In this document: positions 28,387 through 37,897 of the stretch, one piece after another
How positions within the stretch are numbered: the first letter of the stretch is position 1
Layout of the letters: every line of letters starts with the position of its first letter
NCBI GenBank assembly: GCA_944362965.1
Contig: CALVTR010000001.1
Span: forward strand, 90,529 to 154,528
DNA: 64,000 nt
Direction: 5' to 3'
Source of the DNA: an uncultured Clostridia bacterium
Lineage (GTDB): Bacteria; Bacillota; Clostridia; Christensenellales; UBA1242
Program-made: the position numbers and the translations under genes
Notes under the pieces: generated by a model
Told to the model about the DNA's origin: nothing
The model's input: the letters and a program-made list of their open reading frames with translations, nothing else
Database searches by the model: none

Positions 28387-29886
28387 TTAATTATTTCCAT
28401 GATTTTCAATATTTTCGTCATCTTCTGGAGACTCATTATTAATAACACACGAAAGTTGCTTTCTAAAATAATCATACACCACATCAAAGTCATTATATGG
28501 GTATTTTTTGCCTTTTATCTCTTGATACTTTTCAGCACCTTTTCCAGCTATAACTATTGTCTGCCCGTCAGTATATTTTTTGAGAGCATACTCTATCGCA
28601 CGCTTTCTATTCTCTATAATATCACAATGCTTGTTCACCCCTTGTAAAATCTCCCCTATAATCACATAAGGGTCTTCAAAACGCGGATTGTCACTAGTTA
28701 AAATAACGTCGTCAGCGAGCCTACTTGCAATTTCCCCCATTATAGGACGTTTTTGCCTGTCTCTATTTCCACCGCATCCAAATATAGTAACAAGCGGTTT
28801 GTCTGAAAGCTCTCTTGCCGTTTTTAAAATCTTTTCAAGCCCGTCTGGAGTGTGAGCATAGTCTATCACAACATTGCTGCGACCTGTTTTTATTATATTG
28901 AATCTGCCTTCAACTGGGTTTATGCAGCTTAGTCCTAGACGCACAAGCTCTTTAGGCACGCCAAGACTTCGACATATAGCAATAGAGGCAAGTGCGTTTT
29001 GAACGTTATAATCTCCCACCAAATTTGTTTTAATATCTATTTTCTCGCCCATGTAGTCACATTGAAATTTTGAGCCATCAAAAGATTTCTTTATATTCTC
29101 GGCCTTCACATCGCAAAAATGTTCTTCACCATAAGAGATGCATGGCACATGCGGATGAATTAAAAACTCTCGGCAACGCTCGTCATCGCCACAAATTATG
29201 CCAAGTTTAACCTTGCCATACTCAAAAAGTTTAAATTTTGCCTTTGCGTAGCTATCCATGTCCCTAAAAAAGTCAAGGTGGTCTTCTGTGATATTTGTTA
29301 GCACGCCTATTTCAAATTTAATTCCGTCAAGCTTGTTTAGTGCAAGCGCATGGGCGGAGGCTTCCATAACAACATACTCGCACCCCTTTTCTTCCATCTC
29401 CTTAAAAAGTTTGTGGAGCATATATGGGTCTGGCGTAGTGAGACCTGTGTCCACAATTTCGTCATCAATCTTTGCTCCAAGCGTGCCAATCGTTCCAACC
29501 TTGCCGCTCGCATACCTTAAAATATCAGTCGTGATATTTGCTATTGTAGTCTTCCCATTTGTGCCAGTGACGGCAATTATTTTAAGTTTATCGCAAGCCC
29601 TATCAAAAAAGTTTTTAGAGATTAGTGCATAGGCAGACCTTGCATCTTCAACTTGCACCACTCTTGCGTCTGGGAATTTTTCTTCACTTAAAACCGCAGC
29701 CGCCCCACGCGACAGGGCATTTTGAATAAAATCATTTCCGTTGAATTTGCTGCCTTTAAGTGCAATATAAATATCGCCTTCTTCAACATCTTTGTCTGAA
29801 ATCTTAATGTCCTTAATATGCGTTTGATAAAGGTTGCTATTAATATTTTTAATTCTAACATCTTTTAAAAGGTCATCTAAAAGCAT
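28387..29886 (-). CDS. murE: UDP-MurNAc-L-Ala-D-Glu--2,6-diaminopimelate ligase MurE
   Basis: VTGTNGKTT and the DNPR motif (LTSDNPRFEDP) typical of meso-DAP-adding MurE. Acidic C-terminal tail. Confidence 0.93.
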   Translation of the reverse strand: MLLDDLLKDVRIKNINSNLYQTHIKDIKISDKDVEEGDIYIALKGSKFNGNDFIQNALSRGAAAVLSEEKFPDARVVQVEDARSAYALISKNFFDRACDKLKIIAVTGTNGKTTIANITTDILRYASGKVGTIGTLGAKIDDEIVDTGLTTPDPYMLHKLFKEMEEKGCEYVVMEASAHALALNKLDGIKFEIGVLTNITEDHLDFFRDMDSYAKAKFKLFEYGKVKLGIICGDDERCREFLIHPHVPCISYGEEHFCDVKAENIKKSFDGSKFQCDYMGEKIDIKTNLVGDYNVQNALASIAICRSLGVPKELVRLGLSCINPVEGRFNIIKTGRSNVVIDYAHTPDGLEKILKTARELSDKPLVTIFGCGGNRDRQKRPIMGEIASRLADDVILTSDNPRFEDPYVIIGEILQGVNKHCDIIENRKRAIEYALKKYTDGQTIVIAGKGAEKYQEIKGKKYPYNDFDVVYDYFRKQLSCVINNESPEDDENIENHGNN

Positions 29887-29992
29887 AACACCCCCGTTTT
29901 ATAGATATTTTACTTTGCAAAAGAAAAAATTTAACCATAATCTTAAAAATAGTTAAAATAAGACATTAAAATCTCACTTTTTCAATTTTGAC

Positions 29993-31108
29993 TTAATTCA
30001 TTTTATACTTCAAGTGGTCAGCCATATCAATAAACGCCTTGATTGCCTGGCTTGAAAAGGTATAGACGATATCTTTCTTCTTTTGATATTTTGCTATGCC
30101 TTCGTCTATTAGATTATTTAATAAGTCAGCAATAGGAAGCTTGAATAGATTGAAAGCCAGTGAGCCAGGAATAGAGTTGGCTTCATTGACATAAAGCGTT
30201 TCGCCGCCATATAGGAAATCCACTCGCACCACCCCATCACACTCCAAGATGTTATAAGTTTTCACGGCGAGAGCCTTGATTTGTTTGTCAAGAGTTTGAG
30301 AGACCGTGCTTTCTTCATCATCATGAGCGGTCAAATATTTTTCTGAAAAAGTATAGATTTTGCTCTTTTTTACTTCTTGAACGTTGCTTGCAAGCACCTT
30401 TTCGCCAACTTTCATAACCGCACAGCAAAATTCTCGTGCATTTGTTATATATTTTTCAACAATAATCTTCTCGTCATAATTAAAAGCTTCGCTGATAGCT
30501 TTTTCTAAATTTGTTTCATCTTCACATATGCTGATACCTACACTACTGCCTAGTGATGCAGGTTTTATAATGCAAGGAAAGGCTAAAGTCTCACAAATTT
30601 TATTTAAAATTTCTCTCTTCTTTGCCTTATATTCACTTATGTTAAAATGCACATATGCTGGCGACTTGATTTTGTTTGCCTTAAGCATAATCTTCGTCAA
30701 AACCTTATCCATGCAGATGGCACTAGACGCAAGAGAGCAAGAAGTGAACGGAATTTCGGCAAGTTCAAGCAGACCTTGCAAAGTGCCATCTTCGCCGCCA
30801 TGTCCATGATTGCAAAGCAGGGCACAATCAATTTTTATTTTGTCCTTAATTTTTTTGTTTTTGATGATAAGAAGCTGCGATGTGCCAAACTCAAAACTCA
30901 CTTCTTTAACGTTCTTGGCAAACCTAGAAAAATTCAAATAGGTTTTTGCATCGCATAAATTATCTCCAGTGCAAAACTTACCGTCAGGTTTTATATAGAT
31001 AGGAATAATTTTATAATTTTTTAAGCCTTTTATTGCCTGCATGGCAGAAATAACAGAAATATCATGTTCAACACTTTTACCACCAAAAAACACTGCAATA
31101 TTTTTCAT
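29993..31108 (-). CDS. ddl: D-alanine--D-alanine ligase
   Basis: FGGKSVEHDISVIS N-terminus, an ATP-grasp core and EANSIPG near the C-terminus. Confidence 0.92.
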   Translation of the reverse strand: MKNIAVFFGGKSVEHDISVISAMQAIKGLKNYKIIPIYIKPDGKFCTGDNLCDAKTYLNFSRFAKNVKEVSFEFGTSQLLIIKNKKIKDKIKIDCALLCNHGHGGEDGTLQGLLELAEIPFTSCSLASSAICMDKVLTKIMLKANKIKSPAYVHFNISEYKAKKREILNKICETLAFPCIIKPASLGSSVGISICEDETNLEKAISEAFNYDEKIIVEKYITNAREFCCAVMKVGEKVLASNVQEVKKSKIYTFSEKYLTAHDDEESTVSQTLDKQIKALAVKTYNILECDGVVRVDFLYGGETLYVNEANSIPGSLAFNLFKLPIADLLNNLIDEGIAKYQKKKDIVYTFSSQAIKAFIDMADHLKYKMN

Positions 31109-31250
31109 AAAAACTCCTTTAAAAAATAACTAATTAAAATTAAATATTAAAAATTAAAAAATAAATAAAATTAATAAAAATTTGAATAAAATTTATAAAA
31201 AACAATAAAAAAACATAAAAAATATTAAAATTAAAGTCGAATTTATTTAA

Positions 31251-32669
31251 TTATTTATAATTATCTGGCAAATCGTTTTCAAATAAAATCACACAGCCTT
31301 TCATGGTAAGTGTTTGCAAAATTTCCTTTTGTTTCTTTCGCGTGGATGCAAAATAGATTTTATTTCTGTCAAAATTGTGAGATATCGCGCCTGAGAGAAG
31401 ATAATTTTTGTTCACTTCATTCATTATTATAATATAGTCAGCAACGTCAGCTATCAGTCCACCAAGTTTAAAATTTGCATCTGACTGCTCACTTCCCATT
31501 TCAACAAGACCTGGTGTGACAACAATTTTGATTCCACTAAACTTTGATAGCACTTCAAGTGCTTCTCGGCTTCCAACAATATTTGAATTGTATGAGTCAT
31601 CTATTATAGTTGCATAATTATTTTTTAAAATCTCAAGTCTGTGCGGGGGTGGAGAAAGTGATTTTATTGCTGCAATTATATCTTCATCTGTTATACCTAA
31701 GATGTGCGCAAGAGTGCTTGCAGTGACAATATTGTCAATATTACATTTACCAAGCAGCCTTGTTGAAGCTTTCAAAGTCTTTCCGTCTAGAACAAGGTCA
31801 AAAGTGCTTCCATGCTCATTCATGCATATATTATCGGCATAGGCAAAGGCATTTTTGTGGTTTGTTAGATATTTATTTCCTTGAAATTTTTGATAAAGCC
31901 TATATGAGATAGGGCTGTCACCATTAAAGACCATAGTGCCATCTTTTGATATATTCTCTGGAAGTTCGTTCTTCGTCTCTTCTATATTTGCAAGCGTTCC
32001 AAAGGTTTCTATATGCTGGCTGCCTATTGTGGTGATTATGCCATATTTAGGTTTGACAAGTTTCGCAAGCGTCTCAATATCACCTTTGTGTTTTGCTCCC
32101 ATTTCAGCTATAAAAACATCGTGGTCATCTAGGTTTTTGAGTATTGCCTTTGTCACACCCATTTCGGTGTTGTAGTTCTTAGGGGTGGTGCAAACCTTAT
32201 ATTCCTTTTCAAGCATGGCGGCAAGAAAATCCTTTGTGGACGTTTTGCCAAAGCTTCCAGTTATGCCTATCTTTATAATATTAAGCTTTGCAAGTTTTTT
32301 TCTTGCTTTATGCACATAATATTTTTTTATAAGCTTTTCAATAGGAAGCAAACAGTAGTGAGAAAGCACTATCAAAAGTGGAGCAAAGAGAAAGATAATT
32401 GCAGCGTCAAGAATTTTTAGAAAGATGTTATCCACAAAAAAGTTGACCAAAAAGAAGAGCGCAGCAGCTAAAATCAGATAAAAAATCCAAAACCTTATCA
32501 TTCTTTTTGTGAAAACAAGCTTATTTTTATCACCAAAAGCTAGTTTAAACTCAAAAACATGGTTTAAAAACACTTGAACAAAATAGCCGTCAAGCTGATA
32601 GGTTTTAACTAAAATATAACTCCAAATTGCAAAGATGATAACACATACACAAATGTTCACATAAAGCAT
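31251..32669 (-). CDS. murF: MurF-type Mur ligase with a membrane-spanning N-terminal region
   Basis: GITGSFGKTSTKDF P-loop with Mur ligase middle and C-terminal domains, positioned next to ddl and murE. The first ~105 aa are strongly hydrophobic (3-4 predicted TM helices). Confidence 0.8.
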   Translation of the reverse strand: MLYVNICVCVIIFAIWSYILVKTYQLDGYFVQVFLNHVFEFKLAFGDKNKLVFTKRMIRFWIFYLILAAALFFLVNFFVDNIFLKILDAAIIFLFAPLLIVLSHYCLLPIEKLIKKYYVHKARKKLAKLNIIKIGITGSFGKTSTKDFLAAMLEKEYKVCTTPKNYNTEMGVTKAILKNLDDHDVFIAEMGAKHKGDIETLAKLVKPKYGIITTIGSQHIETFGTLANIEETKNELPENISKDGTMVFNGDSPISYRLYQKFQGNKYLTNHKNAFAYADNICMNEHGSTFDLVLDGKTLKASTRLLGKCNIDNIVTASTLAHILGITDEDIIAAIKSLSPPPHRLEILKNNYATIIDDSYNSNIVGSREALEVLSKFSGIKIVVTPGLVEMGSEQSDANFKLGGLIADVADYIIIMNEVNKNYLLSGAISHNFDRNKIYFASTRKKQKEILQTLTMKGCVILFENDLPDNYK

Positions 32670-33392
32670 CTATTCCTCCCAAAATTTTGAAATTAACTTA
32701 TAAAACTCAAGCGGTCTATCTAAAAAGCAAAAATGTCCTGCATCTTTTATCACCTTGAGCTGAGAATTTTTTATAAACTTATTTAATTTTTTTGCCATGT
32801 AAAGTGGGGTGTCATTGTCTTTTTCGCCCCATATAATAAGTGTTCTGGTGGACATTTTTCGCGCATAATCGTCAAGATAGGTGTTCACTATGCTGACAAA
32901 AGTCTTCTTCATGTCGGGTGAGAGCTGCTGATAGTCGGTTGAGCCCATGCCAGCAGTGCTTTTGCCAAGCTTCTTTTTTATCTTATATGAGCATATCTTC
33001 ATATAATACTTTATCGTTCTATGCGGCTTCATTCCAGCACTATCAACAAGTATGCATGAATGCACAAGCGAACGTTTAACGCAAGATAGTATGATTGCAA
33101 TTCGTCCGCCAAAGGAGTGACCCAAGATGTCACATTTATCTATGTGCAAATAATCACATAAACTCATGAGCATACCAACATATGTAAATATGTTCCAATC
33201 TTTGATAGTTTTGTCACTTTTGCCAAAAGGTGGAAAATCTACCACCAAAAAGGATTTTTTAGGGAAACTCTCTATAATGCTCTTAAAAATGTCGCTATTG
33301 CAACCCCACCCGTGCAATAAAAGGATAGGTCTCTGCGACCTTCCGTTATAAAATCTATAATAGATTTTCTTGCCATTATAAAGATACACCAT
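32670..33392 (-). CDS. alpha/beta hydrolase
   Basis: HGWG oxyanion region and the GHSFGG nucleophile elbow. Confidence 0.8.
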   Translation of the reverse strand: MVYLYNGKKIYYRFYNGRSQRPILLLHGWGCNSDIFKSIIESFPKKSFLVVDFPPFGKSDKTIKDWNIFTYVGMLMSLCDYLHIDKCDILGHSFGGRIAIILSCVKRSLVHSCILVDSAGMKPHRTIKYYMKICSYKIKKKLGKSTAGMGSTDYQQLSPDMKKTFVSIVNTYLDDYARKMSTRTLIIWGEKDNDTPLYMAKKLNKFIKNSQLKVIKDAGHFCFLDRPLEFYKLISKFWEE

Positions 33393-33533
33393 ATCTTTTT
33401 TTATGAAAATATCTTCAAGAAGTTGTAAATATAAGAAAAATTTATTAAAAATGTTTTGTTTTTCTTTGAAAACATTGTAAAATATAGTTAGGTTTTAAAA
33501 GACCAAAATTTACTAAAAGGAAGGTATAAAGAC

Positions 33534-33809
33534 TTGAAAATTACTGATGTTAGAATTAGACTTAAAGACGAAACAAAATTAAAGGGAGTTGCTTCAATAA
33601 CAATCGATGAATGCTTTGTTATTCATGACATCAAAGTTATCGAAGGAAAGGATGGACTTTTTATCTCTATGCCAAACAAGAAGACAGCAAGTGGAGAACA
33701 TAAAGACATTGCTCACCCAATCAACACTGAAACAAGAGAAATGATTAAAAATACAGTGCTTGAAGCCTACAACAAAGCATTAGAAGAAAAGAAAGAAAGT
33801 GCTGAATAA
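33534..33809 (+). CDS. spoVG: septation/sporulation regulator SpoVG
   Basis: MKITDVRIRL...ASITIDECFVIHDIKVIEGKDGLFISMP is a typical SpoVG sequence. TTG start. Confidence 0.93.
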   Translation: MKITDVRIRLKDETKLKGVASITIDECFVIHDIKVIEGKDGLFISMPNKKTASGEHKDIAHPINTETREMIKNTVLEAYNKALEEKKESAE

Positions 33810-33888
33810 TTAAAAATAAAAAAATAATTTATAAGGCTATTACTAATCATTTTGACATCCTGCATGCCAAAACTTTATTAGCCGCAAC

Positions 33889-33918
33889 AAAAAAAACAGG
33901 GAACTCCCCTGTTTTTTG
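33889..33918. terminator. bidirectional terminator
   Basis: ACAGGG-loop-CCCTGT hairpin between an A8 run and a T6 run. Confidence 0.7.
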
Positions 33919-33944
33919 TTTATATTATATTCATCTTCACCAAT

Positions 33945-34148
33945 TTATTCGTCCTCGCCAAAGAGATAGCCAATAGGAACTTTGAAATATTTTGCAATTT
34001 TTAGAATTATTTCTAAACTTGGGTCTATTTTGTTCGTTTCATATTTAGCTATTGTTGATTTATCTACCTTAATCTCTATCGCCAATTTCTCTTGACTTAA
34101 ATTTTGTTCTTTTCTTAATTCTTTTAATCTTTTTGCGAAAATTTCCAT
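33945..34148 (-). CDS. XRE-family helix-turn-helix regulator
   Basis: 67 aa. LKELRKEQNLSQEKLA...STIAKYE is a typical HTH_3 motif. Confidence 0.85.
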   Translation of the reverse strand: MEIFAKRLKELRKEQNLSQEKLAIEIKVDKSTIAKYETNKIDPSLEIILKIAKYFKVPIGYLFGEDE

Positions 34149-34164
34149 TTTAACCTTCTTTCAC

Positions 34165-34219
34165 TTTACATTCTGACACAAAATCAGTATAATTACTTAA
34201 AAACTGACTAATAATCAGT
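34165..34219 (+). promoter_or_regulatory. sigmaA promoter overlapped by two operator-like palindromes
   Basis: TTTACA (34165-34170), a 17-nt spacer, then TATAAT (34188-34193). Palindromes CTGAC-N5-ATCAG at 34173-34187 and ACTGA-N7-TCAGT at 34203-34219. Confidence 0.6.
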
Positions 34220-34234
34220 GCTTAGGAGTTTATT

Positions 34235-34474
34235 ATGGACTTAATTAAAGATATTATGCGTGATTTAGATAAATATAAGAAGATAATATTTCAAAATAGA
34301 TATGATTTTATATTTCTACACTATTCATTGGGTTTATATATAAGAAATAAATATATATGGGAAAATCCTAAAAACTTTGAATTTCTTAAAAATTATTTTT
34401 CAATAGATGATGCTGATGGAATTAGCTTAAAACTTATAAAACTTTATTTAACAAAAAATTCTAGTCCTTTGTAG
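34235..34474 (+). CDS. hypothetical small protein divergent from the XRE gene
   Basis: 79-aa ORF with a TAGGAG RBS. Confidence 0.5.
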   Translation: MDLIKDIMRDLDKYKKIIFQNRYDFIFLHYSLGLYIRNKYIWENPKNFEFLKNYFSIDDADGISLKLIKLYLTKNSSPL

Positions 34475-34546
34475 ACTAGAATTTTGAACGGCAATTTACT
34501 GATTAAAAAAAAGGATTTAAAAATTAAAATTAAAAATAAAATTAGG

Positions 34547-34662
34547 TTTTTGAGTTTAAAGGTTTTAAATTTGAGTTTAAAAATTATAAATTTTGAGTTT
34601 AAAAGTGTAAAATTGATTTCATAAAATTAAAATTTTGAGTTTAAAAGTAAAATTGATTTCAT
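34547..34662 (+). repeat. four direct TTTGAGTTTAAA(A) repeats, two extended to ~30 nt
   Basis: Copies at 34547, 34569, 34591 and 34633. The last two continue as AAAGT(G)TAAAATTGATTTCAT. They are embedded in an AT-only spacer. Confidence 0.75.
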
Positions 34663-34717
34663 TATTATTTAAAAATTAAAAATAAAAATTTAAGGAGTTT
34701 TTGTCTAAAAATAAAAC

Positions 34718-36235
34718 TTACATCAATAAATTGCCGTTGTCTGTTTCAATAACTTTCAAAACATTTTCCATTATGCCGTTTTCAACATTGTAATAAAAAT
34801 AATATGTGTTGCCTTCGTCATGTGCCTGCACTTCAACGCAAACAACTTCTCTATTATAGTCAAGTGGTGATAGTGCGTAACGTGATGAGATAACACTAAA
34901 CCTTGTTGGCACTTTCTCTTCAGCTTGTGATAGGCTTAAAGAGCCTTTGCTTAGAGTTCTATCCACGTGGTTTGTGAAATATGACGTTGCATCATACCCG
35001 ACAATCGTTCCACTTGTCATATTTACCTTGACTTTCACAAGGTCTGGATATAGCACGATGTTTTGACTTTGCGGAGCAATATTCAAATAGACATCACTTC
35101 CTATTGAATCTGACCACACAACAGCAGCATCTTCAATGCCATTTTGCGTTGCAAAGTCAAGTGCAATATTCTTCGCCTTTTCTATATCTATATTCTCCGC
35201 GCCACTTTGCCCTGCACCGCTTATAGTCAAAATGTGTCCGCCAATCTTTGTGACTTGAACATAAAGCATTTCATCATCGGCATTCTTAACAGTAAAATTA
35301 TATGTTTCAAAACGCCCTTTTGTTTCGCCATTGTTCTCTATTGTTGTTGCAGTTTTAAAGAATTTTTCAACATTCTGTTTAGCTTCGCTCTTTGTAACCT
35401 TGTCACCGCTCAAGCCTTTAACCTTACTGTTGACAACTGAATCAGAGAAAGGTCCATCATATATCATGCTTGGGTATTCAACGTCATTATCTTTGAGCGA
35501 TGCAAGTGAGCGAGAAAATGCATTTGAATTTGTGTCGATATCCATACTTGCGTCTATGATTGAATAATCATCTTTGATTTTATTTGCAAACTGGTTAAGC
35601 TGAGTTTTCAAACTCATAACGCTTTGCTCAATATCTTCAAGTGTTGCAATATCTTCTTGTGTTAAACTGCCACCATTTGCAAGATTATCTGCAAGCGTTG
35701 ACGTGTAACCTGATATTTGATTAACCATTTTCACTGTCTCATCTATATCACTTTGTGAGAATGGCAAGCTCGCCACAGCAATTTCGGCTTCACTTGCGTT
35801 CTTTGAAGCTTCAAGAAGGGTCTTTCTTTGATAAGACGATGAAGAAGAATTTAATATCTTTGTCATTTTTGTTTCAAGATTGTTTACGTTGTCAAGCAAG
35901 CTATAGAAGTTGCTTTGATAAACGTTTTCAAGGTCAGTCTTGTATTCCATTGCCATGCTGTCAGTGATTGCAAAGCCTATGCCAAGACCTATTGTTGAAA
36001 GACCTAGCACTGCCGTTGCTATGGAAAGAGCTGTGATAACTTTATTCTTTTTCTTGATTGATTTATCTTTGTCATTTTGTATTTTTTTGCTATTTTTGTT
36101 CTCTGTTGCACCTTCTAAGCCTAAATATTCTTGTTTTTTGTTCTTTTCTGCTGAATTTAACTTCAAAATGCTGTTTTTGTTTTCTTTTTCGCGAATATTT
36201 TTGCTTGTGCTTTTTACGTCTAATATATCACTCAT
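34718..36235 (-). CDS. ypeB: germination protein YpeB (PepSY domains)
   Basis: N-terminal TM helix and C-terminal PepSY-like repeats, immediately downstream of sleB. The start is taken at MSDILDV after GGGGGAG. Confidence 0.7.
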   Translation of the reverse strand: MSDILDVKSTSKNIREKENKNSILKLNSAEKNKKQEYLGLEGATENKNSKKIQNDKDKSIKKKNKVITALSIATAVLGLSTIGLGIGFAITDSMAMEYKTDLENVYQSNFYSLLDNVNNLETKMTKILNSSSSSYQRKTLLEASKNASEAEIAVASLPFSQSDIDETVKMVNQISGYTSTLADNLANGGSLTQEDIATLEDIEQSVMSLKTQLNQFANKIKDDYSIIDASMDIDTNSNAFSRSLASLKDNDVEYPSMIYDGPFSDSVVNSKVKGLSGDKVTKSEAKQNVEKFFKTATTIENNGETKGRFETYNFTVKNADDEMLYVQVTKIGGHILTISGAGQSGAENIDIEKAKNIALDFATQNGIEDAAVVWSDSIGSDVYLNIAPQSQNIVLYPDLVKVKVNMTSGTIVGYDATSYFTNHVDRTLSKGSLSLSQAEEKVPTRFSVISSRYALSPLDYNREVVCVEVQAHDEGNTYYFYYNVENGIMENVLKVIETDNGNLLM

Positions 36236-36246
36236 TACACTCCCCC

Positions 36247-36936
36247 TTATAAGCAGAATACATGGTTGCCAATCGTAACTACCACCTGTCTTGACCAAAT
36301 CCATGAGCTTGTTGCAGTTGCTGGGTTATAATAATAGATGCAACCATACGTTGGGTCCCAACCATTTAGGGCATCTTGAGCGGCTTTGTATGCAGTTGAG
36401 TCAGGTGTTAAATTTATTTGCCCGTCAGTCACCGCAGTGAATGCACCCTTTTGATAGATTACACCAGAGATAGTGTTCGGAAAAGATGCATTCTCCACCC
36501 TATTTAATATAACCGCTGCCACTGCCACCTGCCCTGTATAAGGCTCGCCACGTGCTTCAGCATATACACATTTTGCAAGAAGGTAAAGGTCGCTTGAAGA
36601 CTGTGATGAAGTAGAGCTTGAAAGCGTCATACCAAGTGCGGCTGCAGTGTTCGGCCCGACAATACCATCAACAGCAAGTCCGTTCTTCTGTTGAAAGTAT
36701 CTTACGGCAGCCCTTGTTTGAGATCCATAAATACCATCTATTGCACCGTTATAATAGCCCCATCTTTTAAGTTTTGTCTGAATTGTTCTGTTTTCTGCAG
36801 TTGTTGTTGCAGCATCTGTCACTATATCTCTGTCACGAGCGTCAATCACTTTAGGTTTCATGTTAAGTCCAAAACCTGTAAGTGCTATTGCCAAAACAAA
36901 CACAAGTGAAAATATAGCAAATAGTGTTTTTCTCAT
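36247..36936 (-). CDS. sleB: spore cortex-lytic enzyme SleB
   Basis: Signal peptide, a PG-binding domain (LKRWGYYNGAIDGIYGSQT) and a Hydrolase_2 core (YAEARGEPYTGQVAVAAVILNR). The start is taken at MRKTLF after AGGAGG. Confidence 0.88.
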   Translation of the reverse strand: MRKTLFAIFSLVFVLAIALTGFGLNMKPKVIDARDRDIVTDAATTTAENRTIQTKLKRWGYYNGAIDGIYGSQTRAAVRYFQQKNGLAVDGIVGPNTAAALGMTLSSSTSSQSSSDLYLLAKCVYAEARGEPYTGQVAVAAVILNRVENASFPNTISGVIYQKGAFTAVTDGQINLTPDSTAYKAAQDALNGWDPTYGCIYYYNPATATSSWIWSRQVVVTIGNHVFCL

Positions 36937-36944
36937 GTCTCCTC

Positions 36945-37463
36945 CTAGATTACACTTTGTATTATCTCCCAAATTCGCGAAATATATACAACATTATCCG
37001 ATTTTTTTGTTTTTGTAAAACAAAATGCAGGAAAGACTATACACCACCAGTTGTCACCCGTCCCACTGCCGAGCTCCAAAATAAGGGCGTCATAATAGCC
37101 TTCTTCTAGCGTGATATTCTCATAGGTTCTTGTTGGGAAATACTCATTATCAAGCTTTGCATTTGATTTATATGTAAATCCATTTTGAGCAAGCACGCTA
37201 TCTGCCGTATTTTCTATTAAGGCAAAGTTCTGAGATACTTTTTCTTTTGTTTCGTCAAAGGTTTCAACTTCGCTTAGCACTGGTATTAAAGCTTCAACTA
37301 TTGCATCTTTAACCTTATACTTAACATTCTGGTCGCACTCCAAGTTAGAGTTTGCCCTTATATGTATTCTCAGATATTCAACTTCCACATCACTGCCGGT
37401 AGGACAAAATATTAAAACTGCCACGATAACAAGCGCCGACAAAATTCCAAGCACATATTTCAT
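36945..37463 (-). CDS. spoIIR: stage II sporulation protein R
   Basis: LRIHIRANSN...QNVKYKVKDAIV and GDNWWCIVFPAFCF are SpoIIR hallmarks. Confidence 0.88.
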   Translation of the reverse strand: MKYVLGILSALVIVAVLIFCPTGSDVEVEYLRIHIRANSNLECDQNVKYKVKDAIVEALIPVLSEVETFDETKEKVSQNFALIENTADSVLAQNGFTYKSNAKLDNEYFPTRTYENITLEEGYYDALILELGSGTGDNWWCIVFPAFCFTKTKKSDNVVYISRIWEIIQSVI

Positions 37464-37645
37464 AATTTAACTCCGTGACAATATAATTGACTTAATTTAT
37501 AGATAAAATTCTGTGAAAACAATAAAAAATAGGTATTTTTTGTCTATTTTTGTGTTATTTTTATTTTGCACGATGAAAAATAAATAGTTTTTTAATTAAT
37601 TTAAAAAATAAGTTTAAATTTCCCTTAGTGTTATTTATGTTTTTT

Positions 37646-37787
37646 CCGCACCTTAGCGGAAGCTGTTTGACAAATTCTTGTCAAACCTTGCTTTTAAATA
37701 GCTCCCTAGAAAATCTAGGGGGCTATCTAAAAACAATAAAGCTTAAACGCTATTTGCGTTTAAGCTTTGCTTCCGCTAAGGTGCAGG
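37646..37787. other. nested palindrome B: 16-18 bp outer stem plus three hairpins
   Basis: 37648-37663 pairs with 37769-37784, plus 2 further bp beyond a bulge. Inner hairpins at 37665-37686 (9 bp), 37698-37726 (12 bp with one T-G) and 37738-37768 (13 bp). Confidence 0.7.
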
Positions 37788-37897
37788 TAAAAACACTTCT
37801 CTTCACATTTTTATAAAACTTTAATCAATAAACTTAAAATCTATACTTTCACCGTTTTTTCTTTAAATTTATGATTAATATTTATAAATTCTTAATA

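Noticed and set aside
37628-37816. A 62-aa ORF on the plus strand.
   Set aside because: It lies entirely within nested palindrome B, has no RBS, and its composition is dictated by the stems.
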